A DNA stretch of 61,750 bases from a virus. Taxonomy: Duplodnaviria > Heunggongvirae > Uroviricota > Caudoviricetes. The notes under the pieces are model-generated. The model ran no database searches and was not told where the DNA came from. It saw nothing but the letters and a program-made list of their open reading frames with translations. Numbering within the stretch: the first letter of the stretch is position 1; each line of letters begins with the position of its first letter. The position numbers and the translations under genes were made by a program. The stretch lies in the IMG/VR virus record IMGVR_UViG_3300043219_000435; one strand, written 5' to 3'. Below, piece after piece: positions 53,801-61,750 of the stretch.

Positions 53801-53824
53801 GTATCCCGAAGGAAAATATATTTA

Positions 53825-55423
53825 ATGCGTAATATATCAAGTATTTATACAAATACAAAATTAAATACATCAAAAAAGATAGCGTGTAGATATGTTTGTA
53901 AAAAATGGCGAAAAGACCTCGTATTAGCCATAAATTCTAAATATTCCAAAAAAACTAAAGTAAATATGATGATTGATAAATGTTGTTACTTTTATCATTT
54001 AGTTGACAGGATTTTATATAAATTCGATTCGAATAAAAAAAGTACTCGATATGTATCATATGAATGGGTTAATATTTCAACGGAACTCATTTATCGAGTA
54101 TTTAATAAAAATGAATGGACTGAGGTTCGGGACTTTTTAATAGCAAATGATCTCATTTGTTGGAACAAATCATATTTCGTTGGTGAGCTTTCTCAAAGAT
54201 ACTCAATTCCTGAAAAATATTTCGGGTGTGAAATTGTAACGCATTATTTTAATAATCCAGGCTCTCAGATGAGAAAGCTCTTCGAGAAAGAGAATTTAAA
54301 TGTTCGTGAACGAAATATGAGAGAAGGTTGGAATTTAGGACTTGAGAATATCGGCTTTCGAGATTGGGAGGCAGTTATGCAGATTTATGAGCGTAACCTA
54401 TCCAGAATCAAAACTAAAGTGGCTCTGGAACTCTCTGAACTTGATAAAAAGAAAATATATGGTGATCGTAAGAAAAAGAAACAACGGTCTATAAAGTGTG
54501 CCATAACCTCTTATCAACAGCAATTAAAAATCCTTATCATGATAAAAGAAGGTATCTGGTATTGTAATAGATGTGAATGGAAAAGATTTCATTCAAACTT
54601 GACAAGATTGGATTCCGATTTTGATGAATATCTTTATGATAAGAAAACAGGTGATACTTTAGTTGAGATTGATTTAGCTTGTAGTCAGCCATCATTTCAA
54701 TATTTGACATTACTTGAAATATTTGATGAAAAACATCCAGAGATGATAAAATTTAGACAATATATTGAAAACGACATATACACACAATTTGTCGGTGAAA
54801 ATACTTCAGTTGTAAATAGAAAAGAATTGAAGCAATCATTCTTTAAAGATTATCTATATGGACCAATTCAGGATAATGAGATTTCAAGAAAGTTCAGAAA
54901 AGAGTTTCCAGAAATAAATGAATACTGGGAAAGCTTAAAAAGAAAAACTGGAAAGATGAAAGTAGGTGATACAGAGTATGAATACCATGATCAAATAAAA
55001 TTGAGTAAAAACCAACCCAAAGATAAGCATAAGGTAAGTTATTCATTACCGGCTCAAATGATGCAATTGAAAGAATCAAATTGCTTCATTGATAATATTG
55101 CAAAAGCGGTTTCAAAAATAAATGGAATTACTTTAGTTGGGACGGTACATGATTCAATAAAGATACCTAAAAGGTTTGCAGATAAAGTAATAAAGATAAT
55201 AGCAAACAAACTGATAGAGATGAAACTAGAATTTGTTAAGATTAACATAAAGGACACAGAACGAACAACAACCTTTAATGTATCCAGTTTTATAGATAAA
55301 GATATAGAGATCCAACCAAATATCCTAGACGAGTATTTTGAGTTCATTTGCAGATTACCAGAGAGTATTTTCATGAACTTATTAGGTATTTTCTATCAGA
55401 TTTATATAAAATTGATAATTTAG
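53825..55423 (+). CDS. stand-alone family-A/T7-RNAP-superfamily polymerase core (TV-Pol-like), no exonuclease domain
   Basis: RFHSNLT.L; motif A LVEIDLACSQP; motif B RKELKQSFFKDYLYG; Q..ES; motif C TVHDSI. Confidence 0.75.
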   Translation: MRNISSIYTNTKLNTSKKIACRYVCKKWRKDLVLAINSKYSKKTKVNMMIDKCCYFYHLVDRILYKFDSNKKSTRYVSYEWVNISTELIYRVFNKNEWTEVRDFLIANDLICWNKSYFVGELSQRYSIPEKYFGCEIVTHYFNNPGSQMRKLFEKENLNVRERNMREGWNLGLENIGFRDWEAVMQIYERNLSRIKTKVALELSELDKKKIYGDRKKKKQRSIKCAITSYQQQLKILIMIKEGIWYCNRCEWKRFHSNLTRLDSDFDEYLYDKKTGDTLVEIDLACSQPSFQYLTLLEIFDEKHPEMIKFRQYIENDIYTQFVGENTSVVNRKELKQSFFKDYLYGPIQDNEISRKFRKEFPEINEYWESLKRKTGKMKVGDTEYEYHDQIKLSKNQPKDKHKVSYSLPAQMMQLKESNCFIDNIAKAVSKINGITLVGTVHDSIKIPKRFADKVIKIIANKLIEMKLEFVKINIKDTERTTTFNVSSFIDKDIEIQPNILDEYFEFICRLPESIFMNLLGIFYQIYIKLII

Positions 55424-55434
55424 ATGGAGTAAAT

Positions 55435-55848
55435 ATGACAAAAGAAGAATTTAAAGCGTTAAAATTAAAAGCTAAAGCAGATATAGATTTCACTGATGAA
55501 AATTATCATATGAAGACTATGGAATTACCTGGAATACTACAGTATTTTACTGAGAAGAGTCTTTTTGAGAAATCTATATTGATAGGCATTGAAGACAAGA
55601 GAAAAGAGAAATTTAAGAAGTTATATAACCATTATAAATTTGATGATACTGTGGATTGGAAGAATAGAGAAGAGGTTAATATCCAGGTAGGAGGTGATCC
55701 AGATTATCGTAAGATAATAAGAGAAGAAGAGTCACAGACCTTAATAATTGAATTTGTTGATAAATGTATAAATAATATAAAGACAATGGGATATATGCTC
55801 AGGCAATACCATGACATTAAATTACTTAAAAACGGATTTGTTCGGTAG
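55435..55848 (+). CDS. uvsY: recombination mediator (UvsY-like)
   Basis: LY..Y...GDPDY...I......LR; SD GGAG; near uvsW. Confidence 0.7.
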   Translation: MTKEEFKALKLKAKADIDFTDENYHMKTMELPGILQYFTEKSLFEKSILIGIEDKRKEKFKKLYNHYKFDDTVDWKNREEVNIQVGGDPDYRKIIREEESQTLIIEFVDKCINNIKTMGYMLRQYHDIKLLKNGFVR

Positions 55849-55880
55849 AATCAAAAAAAATATAAAAATTCTTTTGATAT

Positions 55881-55888
55881 TATAAATA
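55881..55888 (+). promoter_or_regulatory. T4-type late promoter TATAAATA (others at 57768, 59318 and 60577 on plus; 2754, 3219, 18391 and 24866 on minus)
   Basis: Exact gp55 box in intergenic positions before starts; gene 55 present. Confidence 0.7.
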
Positions 55889-55932
55889 ATTTAAAATTAT
55901 AAGCCCATTTTTAAGTTTATACATAGGAGAAA

Positions 55933-57693
55933 ATGATGTCTATAGCAAATTATGTAAAACAATTTCTTAAAGAATCGAATAAGATTGTAGTACAACCGGT
56001 AGTTGTAACTGCAGAATCAGATTTTGAAGAAGTAGAGACAGAAGAACAAGATATTGAAACTATTGATGAAGCTTCACCACACGCAGGTGGTCAAATGGCT
56101 GCTGCTGAGTTGAAAACTCAAATCTCTAGTGAAGTTACATCACAAAATAAAAGAAAATCACAGATCGACAAACAAGCGTCTGTACAGAGTAAAGGATCAA
56201 AATCAATTACTCAAGACGTAGATAAATCTGGTAATGTTTCTGATTATGAATCTTTTAAAGATAACGAATCTACTGCTCAGTCTCAAAGACAAGCAGATCT
56301 TAATAAATTAACTACAAAACAAAATCAGGGTTCTAAGTCTTTTATTAAAGATTTTGAAAAATCTGGCAGTGATGATGCTCTTACAAAAGGTAAGGATCAG
56401 ACTAAGAAACTTAAAGGTAAAAGACAATCTGATTTAGAAGCTCAAAAAGTAGATCAAATTGGTTCAGAACCTGGAATGACTAAAGTCGGAACTAAAAAAG
56501 AATCAATGGATTTTATCAATAAATTTTCTTTTAATGAAAATAATCCACAAGCTGGAACATCTAAAAAACCTGTGGTAGAGCCATCTATCGGTTCAGAAGT
56601 AAAATCTGGTACTAAAGATTCTGAAAAGAAAATGAATGCGAGATTAGCTACTCAAGAGAAGTTAAAGAAAGCTCAGGTTCATGGTAAAAAAATAACCGGT
56701 GATGTTCAAAACACTAAAAGTCTTGAAACTTTTGGAAAAGGTGGAGATCAAGCTGATTCTTTAACTAATAAAAGAGTAAACACTTTGAGCCAGTTTAATA
56801 AGCAACAACATTCTGGTGAGAAATCGATTGATCAAGATTTAAATGCATCTAGTTCAACTTCAGTTTTCAATACTGGTTCAAGCAAAGCTGATTCTCTTCA
56901 AGGTCAAAGAGATAAACAATTAGCTGCATTGCAATCAAGTCAAAAAGCTGAAGCCGTAGAGCAAAAATCTATGGATGTTTTCAAAGGTGTTGAAAATCCA
57001 AACGATGCTACTTTAAATATTCCTCAAGGGAAGAAAAGAGTACATAAAGATAAAATTGGTGCAAAACTTGAGAAAGCAACATTTAGTTCGAAAAAACAGA
57101 AAGATGAAGCTGTGTATGATGCTGGAAATGTGAAAGGCATAGAAGGGATTGATTCTAGAGATGATGTATCATTACCTAATGGTAAATACAAAACAGCTCC
57201 AACAAAGAAAACAACAACAACCAAGCAAGCTAAAGCAAATACTCAAGTACCTACTGAAGCCAAAGAAGAAAATGGTAAAGATGTAGATGGTGATTATGCT
57301 GCACATGAGTATGAAATTTGTCCAAAAACCGGTAAGAAAATTAAAAAAGTTACTAAAGACGAATCTCAACTTGTTACTACTATGGGTAAAGAAGGTGAGG
57401 AAGCTGGAAGGAAAAATCTTGCTAGTCACGGTGTGAAAAAAGAATCTGCTGAAGTGAGAGCTGAAGCGTTACTTGATTCCATAACTGAATCTGCAGCAGA
57501 ACTTCCTTCTGATGATATCTTGGTTGCGATCAAACAGATTTCTACTGGTGAAGCAGTGGAACTTGATGAATCTGTACACAAATCGATGGTATTAAATAAT
57601 TTAATTAATCCATTCAATGAAATTACAGAATCATCAAAAATGATTCTTAAATCAAAAGAAGCTCGAAGACGATTAGCTGAATTAAGCATTTAA
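55933..57693 (+). CDS. late, low-complexity repeat protein; probable internal head/prohead-core protein
   Basis: Late promoter; ~45-aa degenerate repeats; multiple (L/I)xE-S/A prohead-protease-like sites. Confidence 0.6.
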   Translation: MMSIANYVKQFLKESNKIVVQPVVVTAESDFEEVETEEQDIETIDEASPHAGGQMAAAELKTQISSEVTSQNKRKSQIDKQASVQSKGSKSITQDVDKSGNVSDYESFKDNESTAQSQRQADLNKLTTKQNQGSKSFIKDFEKSGSDDALTKGKDQTKKLKGKRQSDLEAQKVDQIGSEPGMTKVGTKKESMDFINKFSFNENNPQAGTSKKPVVEPSIGSEVKSGTKDSEKKMNARLATQEKLKKAQVHGKKITGDVQNTKSLETFGKGGDQADSLTNKRVNTLSQFNKQQHSGEKSIDQDLNASSSTSVFNTGSSKADSLQGQRDKQLAALQSSQKAEAVEQKSMDVFKGVENPNDATLNIPQGKKRVHKDKIGAKLEKATFSSKKQKDEAVYDAGNVKGIEGIDSRDDVSLPNGKYKTAPTKKTTTTKQAKANTQVPTEAKEENGKDVDGDYAAHEYEICPKTGKKIKKVTKDESQLVTTMGKEGEEAGRKNLASHGVKKESAEVRAEALLDSITESAAELPSDDILVAIKQISTGEAVELDESVHKSMVLNNLINPFNEITESSKMILKSKEARRRLAELSI

Positions 57694-57720
57694 TTTGATT
57701 AGTTATTGAGAGATACTTCG

Positions 57721-57750
57721 AAAGGTAGGGCTGCAGCTCTACCTTTTTTT
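57721..57750 (+). terminator. intrinsic terminator
   Basis: AAAGGTAG/CTACCTTT plus U run. Confidence 0.8.
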
Positions 57751-57798
57751 GTGCTCTTTTTTGAACATATAAATAATTAATATATCTGGTATTGAATT

Positions 57799-59322
57799 AT
57801 GTTTGAAGAAGAAAACGTTATATGTTTGAAAAAGTTGAATGAAATATATTTTCATGTAACTTGTACGGTTGGTCAAAGCCTGGAATTAAAATCTTATTTT
57901 CAGTGTTATATAAAAGATCACAAATTTCATCCTAAAGTTAAAAAGAAAATTTGGAACGGAAAGATATCATTTTACAAATACAGAGAACAACATTTACCAA
58001 TAGGTTTGCTCGTTCCTTTTACAGCCTTTTGTAAGAAATTCAAATATAAGTATGAGATCGAAGAAGATCACAATCCATTAGTAAATAGTAAAGCAAATCC
58101 TCCGGCAATTGTTGAAGGTTGTAAACAATTATTTGAAGGTGTAAAAACCAATGATGGTAAAGATTTATTTCCTTATAACTATCAAATGAAAGCTGTTTAT
58201 GCTGCAATAAAAAAGAAACGTGGAATATTGATGGCAGCTACTGGTTCTGGAAAAAGTTTAATGACTTATATTCTTACCCGTATTTTTCTAAATATGAACA
58301 AAAAAATATTGATTGTTGTTCCTACCACTACTTTAGTTGAGCAATTATACACAGATTATCTTTCATATGGATGGTTTGACTTATATAGAGATGTTACGAA
58401 ACTATATTCTGAAGTAGAACCTGACTTTACCAAGAGCGTTCTTATAACTACTTGGCAGAGCGTATATAAGAAGCCTGGGGCCTTCTTTCACCAATATGGT
58501 GCAGTTGTGTTCGATGAATGCCATTATAACCGCTCAGATAGCTTAAAACGGATTGCTGCGAATTGTGTGAATGCTGACTATAGAATCGGAACTACTGGAA
58601 CACTTCCAGATGAAAGAGTTGATCAATTTAACATTTATGGATATTTGGGAACGGTAATATTTGAACAATATTCAAAAGAACTAATTGATAGGGGTATATT
58701 AGCTCAGATTGAGATAAAAAACTTAATACTAAAGTATTCAGCTAAAGCAGTTAGTGATTGTAAAAACGTATCATATCATGATGAAGTTTCTTATGCAAAT
58801 AATTACCCACAAAGAAAACAAATATACGAGCATATTTTTAATCAATATGTTAAAGAGGGTCAAAATAGTTTGGTGTTGGTTAATAAAATAAGTGTTTTGT
58901 TAGACCTCGAAAAGACTTTTAAAAAGAAATTAGATAGTAAATACAAAATATATGTCGTGTATGGTGAAGTTGAAACAGAAATTCGTGAACATATTCGTTT
59001 GATGACTGAGAATTCTGAAAATGTTATCATACTATCAACATTCCAATGCTTTTCTACTGGGATAAATATTAAGAGATTACATAACGTAATCTTTGGTAGT
59101 TCTTATAAATCTAAGATTAAAGTACTTCAGTCTATTGGTAGAGGATTAAGAACACATGAATCTAAAGATAAAATGATGTTATTTGATATTGTTGATGATT
59201 TACGTTGGTTAAGCAGAAATGGTGTGGTTCATCACAATCATTTATTTAATCATTTCCTTGAAAGAATTAATCATTATGATAAGCAAAAGTTTAAATATCA
59301 TAATGTTAAAATCAAAATATAA
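57799..59322 (+). CDS. uvsW: SF2 DNA helicase UvsW
   Basis: YQ..AV, ATGSGKS, VPTT.LV.Q, DECH, GTTGT, GINIK.LH, QSIGRGLR. Confidence 0.94.
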   Translation: MFEEENVICLKKLNEIYFHVTCTVGQSLELKSYFQCYIKDHKFHPKVKKKIWNGKISFYKYREQHLPIGLLVPFTAFCKKFKYKYEIEEDHNPLVNSKANPPAIVEGCKQLFEGVKTNDGKDLFPYNYQMKAVYAAIKKKRGILMAATGSGKSLMTYILTRIFLNMNKKILIVVPTTTLVEQLYTDYLSYGWFDLYRDVTKLYSEVEPDFTKSVLITTWQSVYKKPGAFFHQYGAVVFDECHYNRSDSLKRIAANCVNADYRIGTTGTLPDERVDQFNIYGYLGTVIFEQYSKELIDRGILAQIEIKNLILKYSAKAVSDCKNVSYHDEVSYANNYPQRKQIYEHIFNQYVKEGQNSLVLVNKISVLLDLEKTFKKKLDSKYKIYVVYGEVETEIREHIRLMTENSENVIILSTFQCFSTGINIKRLHNVIFGSSYKSKIKVLQSIGRGLRTHESKDKMMLFDIVDDLRWLSRNGVVHHNHLFNHFLERINHYDKQKFKYHNVKIKI

Positions 59323-59357
59323 ATAGTGATATAGAAAGTTTTTTAAAGAGGTTAGAA

Positions 59358-59777
59358 ATGCCTAGTGTAGTATATAATAATTTTAAAGCAGCCGTTTTGG
59401 GAGGAAATTTTTCTCTGTCGGCATCTGATCCTAGCGGTTACAACTTAATACTAATGAGTGGTTATAGCCCAGATATTGTTGACGATGTTGTATATAGTGA
59501 TATAAGTTCACTAGAAACATCAGGAACCGGATATACTGCCGGTGGTAAAGAATTATCAGCAATGTCTTTATCTGCGGATAATACAAATGATCGTGGTGTA
59601 TGGGATTCTGACGATGTAACGTTCTCAGATTCAACTATTACTGCAGACGGTGCGGTATTATATAAAGTAGCTGACGGTAATCTGATATGTTATATTGACT
59701 TTGGTTCATTTAAATCCAGTTCTGCAGGTGATTTTAATATTGCTTGGAATGTTAATGGTATCTTAACACTCAACTAA
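59358..59777 (+). CDS. late structural protein (phage head/tail accessory)
   Basis: SGTGYTAGG...D..D.T....TITA.GAVLY...IDFG pattern. Confidence 0.6.
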   Translation: MPSVVYNNFKAAVLGGNFSLSASDPSGYNLILMSGYSPDIVDDVVYSDISSLETSGTGYTAGGKELSAMSLSADNTNDRGVWDSDDVTFSDSTITADGAVLYKVADGNLICYIDFGSFKSSSAGDFNIAWNVNGILTLN

Positions 59778-59794
59778 AGTAATTAGGTAATTAA

Positions 59795-60574
59795 ATGACT
59801 ATCGACGTATCTGCCACACAAGATTCTTATTTTGTAATATGTAGTCCTACCGTGACTGTTGACGGTGCAAATATAATAAATTGCACCGGCAGTTTACCAA
59901 ATTCTTATTGGGACAAAGAAACATCATGTCATGATGGTGAAAAGGCCATGTACGATCAATTACAAATGGATGCCTGGAATTCATTTGGTATTGATATGAC
60001 TTATTATATAGCGGATTATAATACTAGCTATGACAAACTATATGGTGAAGACCGAGATAGGTATATAACAAGAACATTTAATTTTAAGGGATATATTCAA
60101 AGTTATCCTGAAGAAAAGAGTCAGTATTCTTTATACGGTATAGAGGGTTTAGATAATTTTATATTTTGGGCTAACATACAACATATGAGTTTTATGTCAA
60201 CACTTGATGAATTAGGAAATACTCAATATACATCTCATATACCTATAGAAGGTGATGTAATAAAATTTGATTATAGTGATTTATACTATGAAATCATGCA
60301 TGTAGTTAAATCAGCAAATCAATTTTTACAAACACAACATTCTTATACAATTATTGTAAGAGTATTCAGAGACATCCATCTAACACTTAGTCCATTAGTA
60401 TCATCTGATTCATTATCTGCATTTACAGATAAGCCTAAAGACATATTTGATATATCGGACGACATCGATGATGAAAAATTAGAGTTCCTATTCAATACGT
60501 CAGCAGCAAACGAAGAACCTATCACACCTGATCCATACCCTCCGGTTAACGACGACCCCTTTGGTGGCTGGTAA
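59795..60574 (+). CDS. neck/head-tail connector protein (gp14-like)
   Basis: E....FGID..YY...D.LYGED....F...YI...PIEGDVI.F.....YEI..V. Confidence 0.6.
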   Translation: MTIDVSATQDSYFVICSPTVTVDGANIINCTGSLPNSYWDKETSCHDGEKAMYDQLQMDAWNSFGIDMTYYIADYNTSYDKLYGEDRDRYITRTFNFKGYIQSYPEEKSQYSLYGIEGLDNFIFWANIQHMSFMSTLDELGNTQYTSHIPIEGDVIKFDYSDLYYEIMHVVKSANQFLQTQHSYTIIVRVFRDIHLTLSPLVSSDSLSAFTDKPKDIFDISDDIDDEKLEFLFNTSAANEEPITPDPYPPVNDDPFGGW

Positions 60575-60621
60575 ATTATAAATAAAGATATAAAACATAA
60601 CACTGATAACAGGAGAACCCT

Positions 60622-60948
60622 ATGTCATTTACAGAATATAAATACACAGAAGAAACTAAAGTACAGTCAGACAAAAACAAAGATTGTATGATGGAGTCTA
60701 TTAATATCGACGAAAAAGATATTAAAATGCTTAAGCTATACTCAGAAAATAAAGAAGATATATCAATACCTTCATTAATAGATTTAGTTCTATTAAACCT
60801 TAAAGACAAATCTGTCAAATCTGAAAATTTTGATGAACTTAAAATTTTTAAAATGATAACAGAAGATGGATCAATTACATCTTCTGGCAAGACTTATCTT
60901 GAATCAGTAGACACTAAAGAAAGACTAAAAGTTATTTTAAAAGACTAG
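60622..60948 (+). CDS. late hypothetical protein
   Basis: Late promoter, SD AGGAG. Confidence 0.6.
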   Translation: MSFTEYKYTEETKVQSDKNKDCMMESINIDEKDIKMLKLYSENKEDISIPSLIDLVLLNLKDKSVKSENFDELKIFKMITEDGSITSSGKTYLESVDTKERLKVILKD

Positions 60949-60954
60949 GTTAAT

Positions 60955-61750
60955 ATGGAACATTTAAACAATGAAGATAAGAAAGCAATTGATTACTATA
61001 AGAAGTTTATCAAAGAACAGAGTTTAAATGATAATCCAAGTTCTTTCATATCTGTTCATGATCAAAATAGATTCAACATAATAATTAATGAATTAAATGC
61101 ACATCTGTTTTCAGGTGGATCGTTTAACTCATTTTTTGAGATGAAAGTTGAAAAAACTAAAGGTGATCTTGATCAGACTAATCTTATTAATACAATTAAA
61201 GAATACGTAAATGACGAACTTAGTAAGATACAAAAGGCACCATTAACAGAATCTTTTAAGTTCGAAGATTTTCAAGATTGGGAGCTAGAATTATTAAAAG
61301 GTGATCCATTTACATTTAATGATTTAACTGAAGAACAAAAGATAGAACTCAAAGGTCCTAAAGGTGACATACTTTCTTTCGAAGATCTGACGGAAGCAAA
61401 TAAACTTCAGTTGGTTGGTAAAAAAGGACCTAAAGGTGACAATGCTCAAATAAAATATCGTGGCGAACACTCTAGACCACCATCTAAACCTAAAGGTGGT
61501 GATATTTATAGAGACGTTAGCATAAACCCTAATAGAGTATTAATGTATAATGAACTAACTAAAAAATGGGAATTATTAGTTAGTGATGGTGCTTATTCAG
61601 GCACTCCTGGTGGTGGTGGTTTGGGTGAGAATGATGTTAACAAACTCATAAATGCAGTTATTCCACCAAAAGATTTTAATGATGCAACGTTCAACATTTT
61701 TGATAATGATGATAATACTAAAAAAATAATATTTCAAGCATCAAATATTG
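60955..61750 (+). CDS. 3'-truncated collagen-like-repeat structural protein (fibre-like)
   Basis: Open to window end; KGDPFTF.DLTEEQ..ELKGPKGD repeats. Confidence 0.7.
   Translation, partial: MEHLNNEDKKAIDYYKKFIKEQSLNDNPSSFISVHDQNRFNIIINELNAHLFSGGSFNSFFEMKVEKTKGDLDQTNLINTIKEYVNDELSKIQKAPLTESFKFEDFQDWELELLKGDPFTFNDLTEEQKIELKGPKGDILSFEDLTEANKLQLVGKKGPKGDNAQIKYRGEHSRPPSKPKGGDIYRDVSINPNRVLMYNELTKKWELLVSDGAYSGTPGGGGLGENDVNKLINAVIPPKDFNDATFNIFDNDDNTKKIIFQASNI

Larger units (their letters stand above)
996..60661. repeat. dispersed 9-mer AACTRAAGT / ACTTYAGTT, about 79 copies
   Basis: Manual count: about 38 on plus and 41 on minus; about 3 expected at ~30% GC. Confidence 0.85.

Noticed and set aside
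53842-53849. Treating every TATAAATA as a late promoter
   Set aside because: About 25-30 chance copies are expected in DNA this AT-rich; only those positioned before starts were annotated
996-60661. 9-mer as a CRISPR array, Chi site or KOPS
   Set aside because: It is dispersed with no regular spacers and no strand polarity
3491-60890. Numerous antisense ORFs inside long genes (e.g. 3491, 5502, 6224, 11077, 13680, 48300, 55054, 57426, 60576)
   Set aside because: They are fully nested opposite well-supported genes and have no motifs or SD
1-61750. Stop-codon reassignment
   Set aside because: Conserved genes are full length under code 11, and no CTA/TCA suppressor tRNA was found

Overview
AT-rich (roughly 30% GC by eye) fragment of a large T4-like (myovirus-type) bacteriophage genome. 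There is no sign of genetic-code recoding and no CRISPR array. 1-522: 3' end of a plus-strand membrane-protein gene. ~524-26,000 (minus strand): accessory and translation-support region with a tmRNA, 24 tRNA genes (19 amino acids, no Trp, none encoding CCA), several tRNA-like or structured ncRNAs, a MoxR-VWA pair, GroES, Hsp20, dUTPase, a NAMPT + NMNAT/Nudix NAD-salvage pair, an Apyc1-like MBL hydrolase, a catalytically degenerate tyrosine recombinase and HNH nucleases. ~26,000-53,250 (minus): T4-like replication/recombination/late-transcription module (gp62, gp44, gp45, NrdJ, gp4, RNase H, gp61, gp32, gp41, UvsX, gp43, gp47, gp55, gp46), with an endolysin and two glycosyltransferases. After a divergent non-coding switch region (53,246-53,824), the plus strand carries a stand-alone family-A/TV-Pol-like polymerase, UvsY, UvsW and late structural genes. 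Three signals stand out. (1) A self-contained operon encodes a 252-aa helical protein followed by an RNA with two circularly permuted tRNA-like (YrlA-like) modules, and a third such module lies at ~25 kb. (2) The 9-mer AACTRAAGT occurs about 79 times by manual count versus about 3 expected, in both orientations, and overlaps many early promoters. (3) An extra minimal polymerase sits beside a hairpin-rich putative origin. All calls come from reading motifs by eye; no database searches were run, and motif positions and counts are approximate.
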